NCBI RefSeq assembly: GCF_006345805.1
Contig: NC_043015.1
Location: 15,252,001 to 15,316,000, forward strand
Length of the DNA: 64,000 nucleotides
Source: Octopus sinensis
Taxonomy: Eukaryota
Direction: 5' to 3'
Below, piece after piece: positions 1 to 14,340 of the stretch. The notes below the pieces were generated by a model, which was not told the origin of the DNA, ran no database searches, and was given only the letters and a program-made list of their open reading frames with translations. Within the stretch, counting starts at the first letter, position 1. Every line of letters begins with the position of its first letter. Made by a program: the position numbers and the translations under genes.

Positions 1-243
1 ATGTCAAAAAGTTCCCGGTCTAGTTCTGTAGCGCGCCAACAGATGGCAGCACACAGTTGGGTGTGCGGTGAGAGCTAGCAGCGACCAGCATCAAGGCAGT
101 GTGCCGAGTGACATCGCAGAATTTACTACGTAAGTTGTGAAATTAGTGTTTTTCTGATCACGTGTATGCTGTAGTCTGCGATTTTATCATGGACAGGAAG
201 TTGGAACATAGCTAGTCCGGGAACTTTTTGATACCACCTCGTA
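1..243. mobile_element. Mariner-type MITE, left TIR cut by window edge
   Basis: TCAAAAAGTTCCCGGTCTAG at 4-23 is inverted against CTAGTCCGGGAACTTTTTGATACCACCTCGTA (212-243), which ends at TA; no coding capacity. Confidence 0.7.
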
Positions 244-454
244 TATTGCCTACAGTTTCGCAACCCACCAAATTAAGTACACTAGTTTACATTATAAGTT
301 TTCATCGGGCTGTATTTATTAGGACTTGGTACGCTTTTGTATACTTTGTGAATTATGTACCTCTCTGGAATTTCTTGTTCCTGCATTGCAGAGAGGTAAC
401 CTTTCCTGGTTTTGGTCGGCTACGTAGAAGCTGCCATCATTCCTTAAAGAGTAA

Positions 455-676
455 GGCGGCGAGCTGGCAGAATCGTTAGCACAACGGGCAAAATGTTTAG
501 CGGCATTTCGTCCGTCTTTACATTCTGAGATCAAATACAGCTGAGGTCGACTTTGCCTTCCATTCTTTCGTGGGTGGGAGTCGATAAAATAAGTACCAAT
601 TGAGTACATGAATCGATCTAATCGACTTAATCCCTCTTCCGAAACTGCTGGTCCTGTACCAAAATTTGAAACCAAT
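455..676 (+). mobile_element. tRNA-derived SINE, family A
   Basis: GGCGGCGAGCTGGCAGAATCGTTAGC head, degenerate B box, central GTCGACTTTGCCTT..GTCGATAAAATAAGTACC; about 10 related copies in the window. Confidence 0.85.
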
Positions 677-3047
677 AAATATTCATTAAAAAGTGGTCTG
701 TTCAGTTTTTATTTTTCATGCTTACAACCTTCAGCCAGATAGTCGTTTCTCTGCTAAAGATGTTGCTTTGGCATCACAATGCGATCCAGATATATTATTG
801 ACGCAATTTGAGATTCTCTACCTCCCTTCTTATCAAGAAAATATAAGTATTTGTTTCCAGTAAAATTATCAGTCACAACGGTTTTCGGATCTTCACATCT
901 ATCGGTCCGAGTATTCAATCAAAATCTCTGAAAGCAGGGATTAAGGTAAGTGCTACAAATGTATTGTGGGAAAATATGTTTATAGATTGTTGAAATGAAA
1001 GAGAGCCATATTTTTCTTACTCTCTTGATGTATTCATTTCATAATCCCCCTGCCCCACACTCAACATACTCGTCCTACCCTAAATAACTGCGATGTTCAC
1101 CTGGTTGCGTTGGTTGTTTTAAGAAGCCATTTATTTCTTGCTTTTTTTTTTCTTCTTGACAGTTAATTAATTCTGGACTTTTTACCAACACATCAAATGT
1201 TATTCCAATCTTAATGGAATATTGGGTAAAGCGACTCAACTGCTTTTGTTAATGGTTGGTACTTGGTCATTAGAACTGCAACTTGTCTACAAAGAAAGAG
1301 TAAAAAATGTTCTTAGATTTGGGTGTACTAATTCTGTAGCCTTGTTTATTTAGCAAATATGACTGTCGATTTTGCAGTACTGAACAAGTAGGAGAAACAT
1401 TAGCAGTCAACTTATAGGAGACCTTTTTCCGATGCATTTTTTAGATACTAATGCATTGATCTCATTTCTCAAACAGTAAACTACTGTACCATGTCTTGCT
1501 TAGGTTGTTGGTTTGTGGTTACCAGTGGTTCTGAAACTTTGGTTAGTTGCTACCCATGAAATAGCAAAGAGAATATTTGAGTAGAGAGACCAATGTTCAC
1601 TTAAAGAATTGCAACATACAATAGAGATTGGTGATAAGCAAGAAATGAAAGTGTTAAGCAAAATACTTAAAAGTAAACAACATATTTTGGAAATAAATTT
1701 AACAATTTTTTATTTTTTTAATTCAAATAAGATGAGCTCGTAGTATATTTCGGAATACAATGAAGAGCACAACTGCATCACTAACGCTCAAGTGCGGACT
1801 GCTTGGTGTACTGTTCACAAATCCGGATTAACGAAGTTGCTATACACATAAACACCCAAAACTTCGAAAGAAGCTCGTGTATCTCCTTGGTAAAAACCTA
1901 TTGATCAATACACTTCAACGACTTGCTCAAAGACTGCTATTTCTTATCCCATTGTCTCATCGATTGCTTTTACGAAGATTCCTTTTCCTCTGAATTAGTA
2001 AGATGCATACCCGATCTACTCAGACCTGACCGACACTCTCGTCCCTCCTTGTTTCCTCTCATTTACTTTTCTAAATCATTCCTCCCTTGAACAGATTTCC
2101 TCTGGATATCCTCTGCAAATGTCAACTGACATACATTCAAACTGTGCATCAACTGCATCGGATACATCAACGACTGGCAATGGTCATATTCACTACCGTC
2201 ACATCCACCTGTTGCCTACTCGCTTATGACAGACCATCAAAGACGAAGACAGCATCGGTCCAAGACTTTCATTCTCCTCTGTCTCCAGTACATTGTTTCT
2301 CACCTCGCTGGGGCTAACTTGTTAAAGAATATAATTTCTATCCTATCAATGATTGAGTGAAATTGTCTATAAACAGTAAAACGTTTGTGCGCTATATTCA
2401 TGAAAGTCTTACTACAATTTAGGTTATCTTATCATCTTGAAATATCCTGTAGGTAATTTATTAATGACTTCAGAGTTCAACTGCATCTATGAACTGTGTC
2501 ATTATATCTATAATAATACTAGTGTATGAGCCGTTGTTTTATGCCCGAAATAAGTAATACTTTGCTTCATTGAAATAGAGGTATAAATTCAAGAAAGAGT
2601 TAAGTTAAAGAAGGTAATAAAACAAAATCGAAGTAAAAGAAACGTCTAATAGATCAAAATGCATAATAGTTTTAAACTATTTATTTCTGTTTACGTTATA
2701 TTCAACAATCTACAAATCAATGTCTGTTAAGTCGATATTTTAAGAGAATTTAACATTTCCATAATCATATAGAAAAGACATGTGTGTGGGAGAGAAAGAG
2801 ACAGAGAAAGAGAGAGAAGGATAGAAAGAGGTAGAGAGAAAGAGAGGAGGGACGGAAGAGGAGAGGAGAGAGATAAACTGTTGTCCACTCGGTTGAACAC
2901 AACTACCTTGTCCCTGGTATGCTTTTATCTGATTCCACTCTGTTGCAACCATGTAGACCAGGTTTCCAGTTTGAAGATATTCACTTCCTTCATTCCAACT
3001 AGTCTCGGCGGTCCTGTAACAGGTCAAAAGCATGCCATCTCTCCTAG

Positions 3048-4210
<1,163 letters not shown>

Positions 4211-4214
4211 ATAT

Positions 4215-4250
<36 letters not shown>

Positions 4251-4329
4251 ACGGGAAGCTTTATGAAAATAGACAAAAGACGAAGGCAGGTGGAAACAAA
4301 CAAACAATTGTATTAGTATGGCGCTATAT

Positions 4330-4379
<50 letters not shown>

Positions 4380-4656
4380 TAATTAAGATTCGGTTGAATT
4401 AGGTACATAAATCGAGGCACCTTGTTAGGTTGATCTAGTTTGCACACCCAAACAATATCAGGTGAATATCAAACTCTGTGCACAAGTGTTTGCACTTGAC
4501 ATTCTTGCAGTGTGTGCAGTTAACACGATTCAACTTAGTGAAGAGATTCGCTCTTGGTTGTTTAGACATGTACTTTATATAAAAATACAAAAATACTTTC
4601 TATAAAATTTCAGAAGTGCAAATTCTAGGGTAGGTGAATAAAATATAAATGAATAA

Positions 4657-5000
4657 CAAAGATGTACAGGTGTCAATTCAGTTCGGTCGTTTCAAGCGAC
4701 TCCTTTAATTGATTAATGAAAACATTACATCATTGCAAATAAACCGTTTTCTTCAGATGACTATATAGACTTCAAACATAAAGGACAAACTAACTGCTTT
4801 AACATATCAGTATCACCAACGGAGCTCAAATATTTACATTGATTCTGCTGTTATATCTTTGGCAGAAGATATAGCTGCAGAATCAATGTAAATATTTGAT
4901 ACGAATATGTTAAAGTAGTTGCTATGATGTAATGTTTTCATTAATCAGTTAAAATAGTCGCTTGAAACGGCCGTACTGAATTGACACCTGTACATCTTTG
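4657..5000. repeat. ~340-bp palindromic foldback / MITE-like element
   Basis: CAAAGATGTACAGGTGTCAATTCAG at the left pairs with CTGAATTGACACCTGTACATCTTTG at the right; central hairpin at 4826-4899. Confidence 0.8.
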
Positions 5001-5310
5001 ATACTCATATGTGTGTGTGTGTGTGTGTGTGTGCGTGTGTGTGTGTGTGTGTATGTGTACACAAACACTTGTAGCATGCACACAGTCATTACACTTCGCT
5101 AGCACTCATAACACTTTCACTTTGTACATTGTGAATAAAGTCTTCTTCTCTCTCAAACAGTAGAAAGGTTTGTTGTCCTTCATTTATTCCTTTTGGCACT
5201 ATATTTTATATCATGTATTTGGCTAATCTTATATTTGTTAGGAGCGACCGTGCGGCGTTCAAAAGGCGACATTTGTCGCCAACTCCTTATGTACGGTCGT
5301 AAAAACCCTA

Positions 5311-5390
5311 CAGTACCACGCTGTGGGACTGAAGCCGAAACCATATGGCTGGGAAGCAAACTTCTTAGCACACAGTCACGCGTGCGCCTA
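5311..5390 (-). mobile_element. SINE family B, 5' head fragment
   Basis: Matches the head of the copy at 13981-14329. Confidence 0.7.
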
Positions 5391-5638
5391 TGGTGTTAAT
5401 TCTTACATATGAAGACGATGGAAGGACTCTATCATTGTCTCATAGATGTTCTACTGCTCCACACTTCCATTGAAACTTCATCAAAACTGTGATCTTTCGT
5501 GGATTTGGTTGAGAGTGTGAGTAGGGGAGGTAAATATCGGGAGTTAATGGTGACAGAAGTGATGTTTCGTAACAATGGTAATGGAATTATTGGCGGTGGA
5601 TTTAGTGGTGAAGAAGATTCCAGAAAACAACAGCACGT

Positions 5639-5830
5639 GTGGAGGCGCAATGGCCCAGTGGTTAGGGCAGCGGACTAGCGGTCGTAAGAACACGGTTTCG
5701 ATTCCCAGACCGGGCATTGTGAATGCTTATTGAGCAAAAACACCTAAGCTCCACGAGGTTACGGATGGTGGTGGTGAACCCCGCTGTACTCTTTCATCAC
5801 AACTTTCTCTCACTCTTTCTTCCTACTTCT
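5639..5830 (+). mobile_element. tRNA-derived SINE, family C
   Basis: A box TGGCCCAGTGG and B box GGTTTCGATTCCC, followed by a non-tRNA body. Confidence 0.7.
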
Positions 5831-6162
5831 GCCACAAAGCAGAGGAACCATGGTCTAACCCACTATGGTGTGGTAAACTTTCAGACCCTAGTCTAGATTG
5901 CGAATCCTCTGTACCGCAGAATGGTTCAGCTCTCCACCCGTTAAAAGCCACCGTTTACGAAATGAGGCTAACAACGTAGCTTTCACGTCCGTGCAACCGC
6001 CAGTCTATCGCGTGCGGTGGATGGATCCTCACGTTGCCACACGCATTCTTATTAGCTTAGAGTAGGCTCGAATTAGAGATTATTCTTTGTGGTTAATGGC
6101 GTGAGTCCTGATTGGAAGAAAAAGAAAAAGAAGACGACAGCATGCCATGGTTGATTAGCCGT

Positions 6163-6372
6163 TTAACTCTTTCAGATTGCTTTGTCAAATGTAATATATA
6201 TTTATTTACATTGTTTTACATCAATCATGTATTAGCTCCTAGTTCTGAGATTTCGATGATATGATAGTTATTTTTAGAATTGCGTTGTAGGGTAAATGTG
6301 AGAGATTGGATCTGGTTAGTTTAAACATAAAATAGGTAGAATATCTGAGGGTGATATGGCCAGTTTAAATGC
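6163..6372. mobile_element. TTAA-flanked (piggyBac-like) MITE, degraded copy
   Basis: Homologous to 37024-37242 and 50772-51003. Confidence 0.6.
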
Positions 6373-7189
6373 CAATCACGTGTAACTCTTATGGTTTGGT
6401 CGTGATGTATGACCGCATATCTAGCGATACGGTTTCGAATCACCGCTACACTCCTCCAAATGCCATCATACCACCAAAATATCTATAATCCCTAGATTAT
6501 AGATATTTTAGTGTGGTGGTAGATGGCGTTAGTGTGATGTTAAAGGCAAAGGAGTCACCTACGGCATTGTTGGAGTTGAGGCAGAAATATAGACGACTGT
6601 GATGTTGTCTAAAGTGGTGATAATCGACGATGATGTGGGTGGTAGACTCGACAGTGTGGTAGTAGCCAGTGATGGTTATGTTGGTGATAATGTTGTTGTC
6701 GATGTGGAAATAAATATCGTTAAGACGAAAGTAGTACTAATAGCCGTAATTGATGGTGGTGGAGGTGGTGGGTTTGTAGCGGCGGCGGTGGTGGTTTGTG
6801 TGGTGGTTTTGATATTGGAAACCTTGTGGTTCACGTCATTCCATTCCGTCTAGAGAATGGTGGTGCAAAAACGAAGCGATAATTATCGGAGACATATCTG
6901 ATAAGCTCCTTTCTGTCATCTTCGACTGATGAAAGTGCTTACACAACTCAAAGAAAGGGTCAGATGTATTGCTAGGGTCACCCATGTGGCTCCGAGCAGA
7001 TATACCACGTCGCTGTATCTGTGGTTTGTTTTGGCAGCAAATCTAATTAAAGCCTCATTTAGTTCTTATCTCAACTAATGGAGATTATTGAACTGCTGAA
7101 GTCGTTGTTTCTTTGCAACGTTGTTCTGTCAGTCGAGTAAATAAAGACAAATATTGCGATAGACAGAGTAAAATGCGAGCGAGTGCGCG

Positions 7190-7277
7190 CGTGTGTGTGT
7201 TAAAGAGAGAGAGAGAGAGAGAGAGAGTTTGAGCTGCATGAGTATTATAAATTTTCTATATCTTGTGAATATGTATA

Positions 7278-7359
<82 letters not shown>

Positions 7360-7509
7360 TGTGTGTGTGTACATAAACACATATACAATATATATACACA
7401 CACACACGTACACACACACACATACACACATATATGTTTATGAATTTGTGTTGCAAGATATATATCTATTATATACATATATATATATATTATTATATAT
7501 ATATATATA

Positions 7510-7540
<31 letters not shown>

Positions 7541-7670
7541 CATACACACACACACACATATATATATATAACACACACATATATAATATATATACATACA
7601 TACATATATATATGTGTGTATATATATAAAAATATATATAAATAAACATATATATATATAAACAGAGAGA

Positions 7671-7716
<46 letters not shown>

Positions 7717-7915
7717 GAGAGAGATGAGAGAAGAGAGAAGAGAGAGAGGGCGAACTACTATTCAATATGTAGAGTTAAGCAATTAAAACAGATCTTACCC
7801 AATTATTACTCCGAGTTTCGCGATATCACTATTCGTTATAAAATATTTTGTACACAGATGAACATAAATATGCAAACATATTTACATACGTATGTGCGTA
7901 TATACATATATATAC

Positions 7916-7968
<53 letters not shown>

Positions 7969-8662
7969 TATATATATATGCATACATATATATATACATA
8001 CATGCTTGAGTGCGGCGTGTGTGTTTGTGTGTGTATGCGCGCGCGTGCTTGTAGATATATTTGCATGCGCGCATTTCAAGAAATGAGAGAGAGAGAGGAT
8101 GAGAGAGAGGGAGAGAGAGAGAGGGAGGAAGAGAGAGGATGAGAGAGAGGGAGAGAGAGAGAGGGGGAGGGAGAGAGATTGTTCAACGATTAATGATTGT
8201 TTATATCTACAGATTACTTGTGTAGTTTCCGAATGTTCCGTTTGCTTTTTATGGACTTCTCTTCAATACAATCAATCCCCCTGGGACTCTGTTAAGAAAC
8301 AGCAGCCAACATGTTTCCAAACAGACTATTTTAACAAAATTATAAAGGTTAACATGTTATCAGCAACATACTTCTCTCTCCGCTCCCTCTCACTCTCTCT
8401 GTATCCTTTGTCTTTTCTCCTATTATTCATCTCTCTCTCTCCTCCTCCCCTTCTCTCTGTGTCTCTCTCCCTTTTCCCTCTTCAGTCATTCTACCTCTCG
8501 TCCTCTTTCATTTTCTCTCCAGTTCTTTTACTAACTTCCCCCTTCTACCTCCCCCTCACTTTCTTATTTTACTCTTTACTATTTTCTTTCCTTTTCCCTC
8601 ATCCGACGCCTTTTCTGCCCAAAAGTTTGATATCTTTTCTGTTTGCAATTGTTTGCTTTTTT

Positions 8663-8707
<45 letters not shown>

Positions 8708-9020
8708 GTATGTATGTATGTATGTATGTATGTATGTATGTATGTATGTATGTATGTATGTATGTATGTATGTATGTATGTATGTATGTGTGTGTGCGTG
8801 TGTGCGTAAGTATGTATTTATGTGTGTAGATGTCTGTATGTATGTGTATATGTGTGACTGTGTGTATTTGTATGTATGTATGTACGTATGTACATATGTA
8901 TGTATGTGTGTGTGTGTGCGTATGTGTTTATGTGTGTAGATGTATGCATGTATGTGTACGTATGGACGTATGTATGTATGTGTATATGTGTGACTGTGTG
9001 TGTATTTGTATGTATGTATG
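7190..9020. repeat. Microsatellite / low-complexity cluster (TA, CA, GA, TATC, TATG)
   Basis: Seen directly; source of many spurious ORFs. Confidence 0.9.
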
Positions 9021-9547
9021 TATGTATGCGTGTATGTATGGATTTTTAGCCATCCGTGTTTTTTTTTCTCATTTTTCTTTGCAGTTACACAAATTAATTT
9101 AATTGCATTTTTAGATTAATTCTAAATTTAATTTGAAAAGACACAGCAGTGGAAAATTTTGGGGAAAAGAGACATCTATGTATTTTACATGAGGGTTATC
9201 ACAAGCATGCATGTAAAATTCATGGATGTCTTTTTCCGGTTCGGTAACAGGGAGTGCACGTGCAGGGTTGCGCTTGTCCCCCTAAAATCTGTGGGGGTGG
9301 GGATAGGTAATGAAAATGCTTTGAACATTCTCGATAGGACCCTAAGTTTGAACTCCCCAAGCAAATTTCGTTTCTGCATTTATGGATGACTAATCATTAG
9401 TCGTCCATTTGAGAATTAGTCCGATCTTTTGGTACAAATTAGGAAACAATCGATGACATAGTGAAGAGGTGGACTGAAAAAAGGGCCTTACTAAATAATG
9501 GGGGCCACAGAGCAGTTAATAATAGTTGAGAGCTGTGCTCTGTGTGA

Positions 9548-9582
<35 letters not shown>

Positions 9583-9642
9583 ACAGTAAAATATAGTATT
9601 GTGGGAGTCACATTATTATGTCTTTGATATTAAGAAACCTGT

Positions 9643-10054
9643 CGGCGAGTTGGCAGAAACGTTAGCACGCCAGGCGAAATGCTTAGCGGTATTTCGTCTG
9701 CCGTTACGTTCTGAGTTCAAATTCCGCCGAAGTCGACTTTACCTTTCATCCTTTCGGGGTCGATAAATTAAGTACCAGTTACGCACTGGGGTCGATATAA
9801 TTAACTTAATCCATTTATCTGTCCTTGTTTGTCCACTCTATGTTTAGTCCCTTGTGGGTAATAAAGAAATAGGTATTTCGTCTGCTGTTACGTTCTGAGT
9901 TCAAATTCTACCGAGATCGACTTTGCCTTTCATCCTTTCGGGGTTGACGAAATAAGTACCAGTTACGCACTGGGGTCGATGTGATCGACTTAATCCCTTT
10001 GTCTGTCCTTGTTTGTTCCCTCTATGTTTAGCCCCCTGTGGGCAATAAATAAAT
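9643..10054 (+). mobile_element. Tandem SINE family A: full copy plus 5'-truncated copy
   Basis: Two head-to-tail bodies; the second starts at GGTATTTCGTCTG (~9872). Confidence 0.9.
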
Positions 10055-11069
10055 AGATATTAAGCAATCTTGGTGAGAGGTTGCATTCGTGGACAAGAAA
10101 GACCATACAAATAAATATGTATTTCCATGCATTTATTATATTTATTCATATCTTACATTTATACAAAGGTGTATTTACATAATACCGAAGAATGTGTCTG
10201 TAGGTAATACTTGAAGATTTACAAAATGGAAGACGTAGCAAGTGAATCTCGTTAAATTTCTGACGTTGCATGCAGGGTCAGCGCTAGGAAGTGCGAGGGC
10301 CAATAAGAGAATTGTGAGTGTGGCTCTCTGCTTTACAAAAGCTGAAGATTGATGTTTTATGCTTCGTGTAGAACGAGAGTACCAGCCCAAAAGCGTTGAG
10401 GACTTGAAACTTCACCATTAGTCACAATGATAAACTAAAAATTCACCATAGGGTCCTCTGCTCGAGCGTGTGCGCGGAGCTCTCTCTTGGCGTGGGACCC
10501 AGTTTGAACAAATCTGTCTAATTGGCTTAAAACCGGCCTTGGTTGCATGTATCCTACATTATTATAAAAATTTAAAAAATGAGAGAAAATAGAACAGAAT
10601 AATAGATAGAATGATGTCGTCATGAAGACACAAGATAGATTAACCACTGTCGAACATTATATATCTTTGAATATTATATACGGACAAGTAGAAGGAGGTG
10701 AGAGTACATCTCGTGGAATAAAATGACAAAGTCCCTCTGGAAATTGAAGTTCACTCTTACGTGGGGTCCAGATCGTCAGTTTATAAAACACAGAGCAAAA
10801 ACTTCTAGAACCTTCGAATTGCAAATTAGCAAGAAGCAGACATAATCTTCCTTTGCAATTTCGCTGTTGTTAGCTGACACACGTTGTTAGCCAATGCTGA
10901 TTGGCCAGTAAGCATTTACTTGAGTGTTCTGATCTCCTAAGGAGTTCTTCATGCCTTTATGGCCATATGAGTACACTGTTGCTCATAGCTGGAAATGTAA
11001 GCAGCGAGGTGTTTCGAATCCGGCCAAACATTGTTACAATATAAAAATAACACACACACATACACATAC

Positions 11070-11109
<40 letters not shown>

Positions 11110-11222
11110 GCAGTGGAAGCTGCTTATCGATCACTTTGGGACGAAGCGTTTTCGATAATAACCGGCCGAGATCATTAAGCTAGGGATTCACTAATTTTGA
11201 TAACAATAACTGCTAACAATTA

Positions 11223-11267
<45 letters not shown>

Positions 11268-11311
11268 ATAATGTTCGTCCGTCGGTGTCGACCATGACGA
11301 AAGACATCACA

Positions 11312-11343
<32 letters not shown>

Positions 11344-11741
11344 TATAAGTACTTACATATATACACACAGATCTATCACTTGCATGTGATGAAAAGTATA
11401 AGTGGAAGTGGGGGGGGGGAAGAAGTGATGAGGAGTAAAAGAGAGGAAAGGAAAGAAGCAAACAGAAACACGGCGAAAAAAAAGAAAGAAAAGGAAAACA
11501 GGAAAGGTCAGAGGCAAAGAATGAGATTCAGAAAAAAAAAAAAGGTTAATGTTAAATAAAATATATAGTGTATTAAGGGGGAAAGCAGGAAATAAGCTGT
11601 TTGACTAAGGCCAGGAAGATATAGGTAGAGTAATTGAGAAAGTTATGGTGGGGACAATGAAATAAAGAGAAGAGGGTAAGGGAAGAAAACGACAAGTTGA
11701 ACATTGAGAAAGTTACGTGTATTTATATGTTTATGTAGAGC

Positions 11742-11968
11742 TGTGAGCTGGCAGAAACATTAGCAAGCCGGGCGAAATGCGTAGCCGTATTTCGTCTGCC
11801 GTTACGTTCTGAGTTCAAATTCCGCCGAGGTCGACTTTGCCTTTCATCCTTTCGGGGTCGATAAATTAAGTACCAGTTACGCACTGGGGTCGATGTAATC
11901 GACTTAAACCCTTTGTCTGTCCTTGTTTGTCCCCTCTATGTTTAGCCCCTTGTGGGCAGTAAAGAAAT
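11742..11968 (+). mobile_element. SINE family A, well-preserved copy
   Basis: A box TGGCAGAAAC, B box GAGTTCAAATTCC, A-rich tail. Confidence 0.9.
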
Positions 11969-12479
11969 ATATACGTTTATGTAGATAGATGCTGAGTGGA
12001 GTAAATTAGCTGGACATGGAAAGACAATGAGAAAGGAGAAGAAAAGAAAATGATTAACGAAATGTGTTAAGCTAGAACGATATTTAAGCATGATTACTGA
12101 TTGTAGGAGTGATAATGCTTTGTGTATGAAAATATAATACATAAGGTTTATTAGAACGCTTGAAAGAGAAATGCAAGGTTGCGGGGATGAAGACTTGGTG
12201 AGTAGGAAAATTAAAACAGGTCGAAAATTAATAGATGGACATAAATATAATATAATAATCATGCTACAGTGCTCGGAAAATTTATTATGCATAGGAGGTT
12301 CGAATTCTCACCGTTTTCTTTCATACCAAATGTTACGGAAGCTGACAGTTACGGGATAGAAATAGGTAATTATCTAAAGGTTGATATTTTATATTCGTAG
12401 TATTATAGTCAAGTATGATCAAAACGATACGCACAAAGTTTAACGTGTGCGTGGTAAGTAGTATAAATGTTCTTAAGAA

Positions 12480-13760
12480 GTACTTCCTCTGACGAGGGCA
12501 TGAAATGATTGCACGTAGGTACGTAAATGCCCGAGAAAAAAAATACTCGAATGAAGATCTGAATATATTTAACAATATACTGAACACACTTCACCCATCC
12601 ATCAAAATCACGACAACATCTAGTTACAATGAATTACCATTCCTGGATATCCACATAAAAATACAGTCACAACAGACATATTTTACAAAAAAACTGACAC
12701 ACACCAATATTTAAATTTTTACACTTGCCAACCATCACACATCAAAAGAATCATCCCATACAGCATAGCAAGACGCATCTGTGCTATAGTAAACAGGCCC
12801 CAGAATACGTGAAATCCGATTCAACCCCTTAGGATTAATTAATGAGAGAATTAAAAAGGTGATGAAACAGAACATCACCTAACTACGGACACCTAAGGAA
12901 AATGCTAATGAAAACACGATTCCGTTCATTAACACACACAGTCCTGGAATAAACAACATCTTTCACGCCATAAAATCGAACTTACCTATACTCCTACAAA
13001 GCCCCAAAATGAAAACTCTGTTTGAAAAAAACACCTTACGGAACAGCAGACGCCAACCAAAAGATCTTAAAAAACACCTCACAAGGGCAGAATTCAAATC
13101 AGAGAATGGATCATAATTCTTAGTAAAAGAATGTAGAGATAGGAGGGGTGGAACATGCAACAATAACAACAACTTCAAATACTTGGAAAGTGGTTCCCAC
13201 ATAAAATTCAAGAGCGGATCCCTTTTCAAAATAAATGCAGATATGAACTGCAAAACGCAAAACCTCATCTACTGCATTACCTGCCCAAACTGCAAAGAAA
13301 ATTACATTGGCGAAACAAAAAATTCCCTCTGCCAACGTGCAATAATCCACAGGCAACATGTCCGACAAGAAGAATTACGCAAGATTCCATAAAGTTAGCA
13401 TCTGAAAATATGTGGCGACGGAAAATTCAAAATTTTTTCCTTTTACAAATGTGCTCGGGACGATCCGCAATACCGAAAAGCAATGGAACTACATTTCATC
13501 AAAAGATTCTCTCCAAAATTGAATGTTTGAAAGAAAAGCAGAGACAGCACGTTTTGTAAGTGTTTTACTAATGTTCTCTAACGCAAAATCATGGAATTGA
13601 AAGAGGCGTGATCGAAGTTACACAGTATAAACACGGACATATTCCCAACCACACACACACAGACACAAACATGTACACACGCATACACACACACTCTCAC
13701 ACACACACACACATTTCATCAAGGAATGTTCCCTAAAATTGAATGTTTGAAGGTAAAGAG
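12480..13760 (+). mobile_element. Penelope-like element, 5'-truncated and decayed (RT C-terminus + GIY-YIG)
   Basis: 'LHPSIKIT..ELPFLDIHI' and 'NCKTQNLIYCITCPNCKENYIGETK' motifs; ORF end repeated at 13712-13758 (pLTR-like); stops and frameshifts. Confidence 0.85.
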
Positions 13761-13929
13761 GAGAATTTGAATACTTTATTTCAAATGTGGCTCATCTCTA
13801 CAAATGTTCACATATATATATATATGTGTGTTTGTGTATGTATATACATGTATATATATATATCATATATATTATATATATACTATATATATATATATAT
13901 ATATTATATATAATATATATATACATGTG

Positions 13930-13974
<45 letters not shown>

Positions 13975-13980
13975 TATATT

Positions 13981-14329
13981 ACTCTTTTTACTCTTTTAGT
14001 CATTTGACTGCGGCCATGTTGGAGCACCACCAGGACTTATTCTTTGGAAGCCTAGTACTTATTCTATCTATCACTTTTGCCGAACCGCTAAGTTACGGGG
14101 ACGTAAACACACCAGCATCGGTTGTCAAGCGATGTTGGCGGGGGGCAAACACAGACACACAAACATATACACACATACATATTACCCTTTACCAAATCCA
14201 CTCACAAGGCTTTGGTCGGCCCGAGGCTATAGTAGAAGACACTTGCCCAAGGTACCATGCAGTGTAAATGAACCCGAAACCATGTGGTTGGTGAGCAATC
14301 TACTTACCACACAGCCACTCCTGCGCCTA
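13981..14329 (-). mobile_element. tRNA-derived SINE family B (CORE-like CCTTGGGCAAGTG, AAAAGAGT tail)
   Basis: Reverse strand reads AGGCGCAGGAGTGGCTGTGTGGTAAG...CCTTGGGCAAGTGTCTTC...CATGGCCGCAGTCAAATGAC; many copies. Confidence 0.9.
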
Positions 14330-14340
14330 TATATATATAT

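Noticed and set aside
5639-5715. tRNA-like sequences here and at other SINE heads
   Set aside because: A/B boxes are present, but there is no clean cloverleaf and they continue into SINE bodies
6920-6960. CTGATGA hammerhead core candidate
   Set aside because: No convincing stem II followed by GAAA, and no stem I or III
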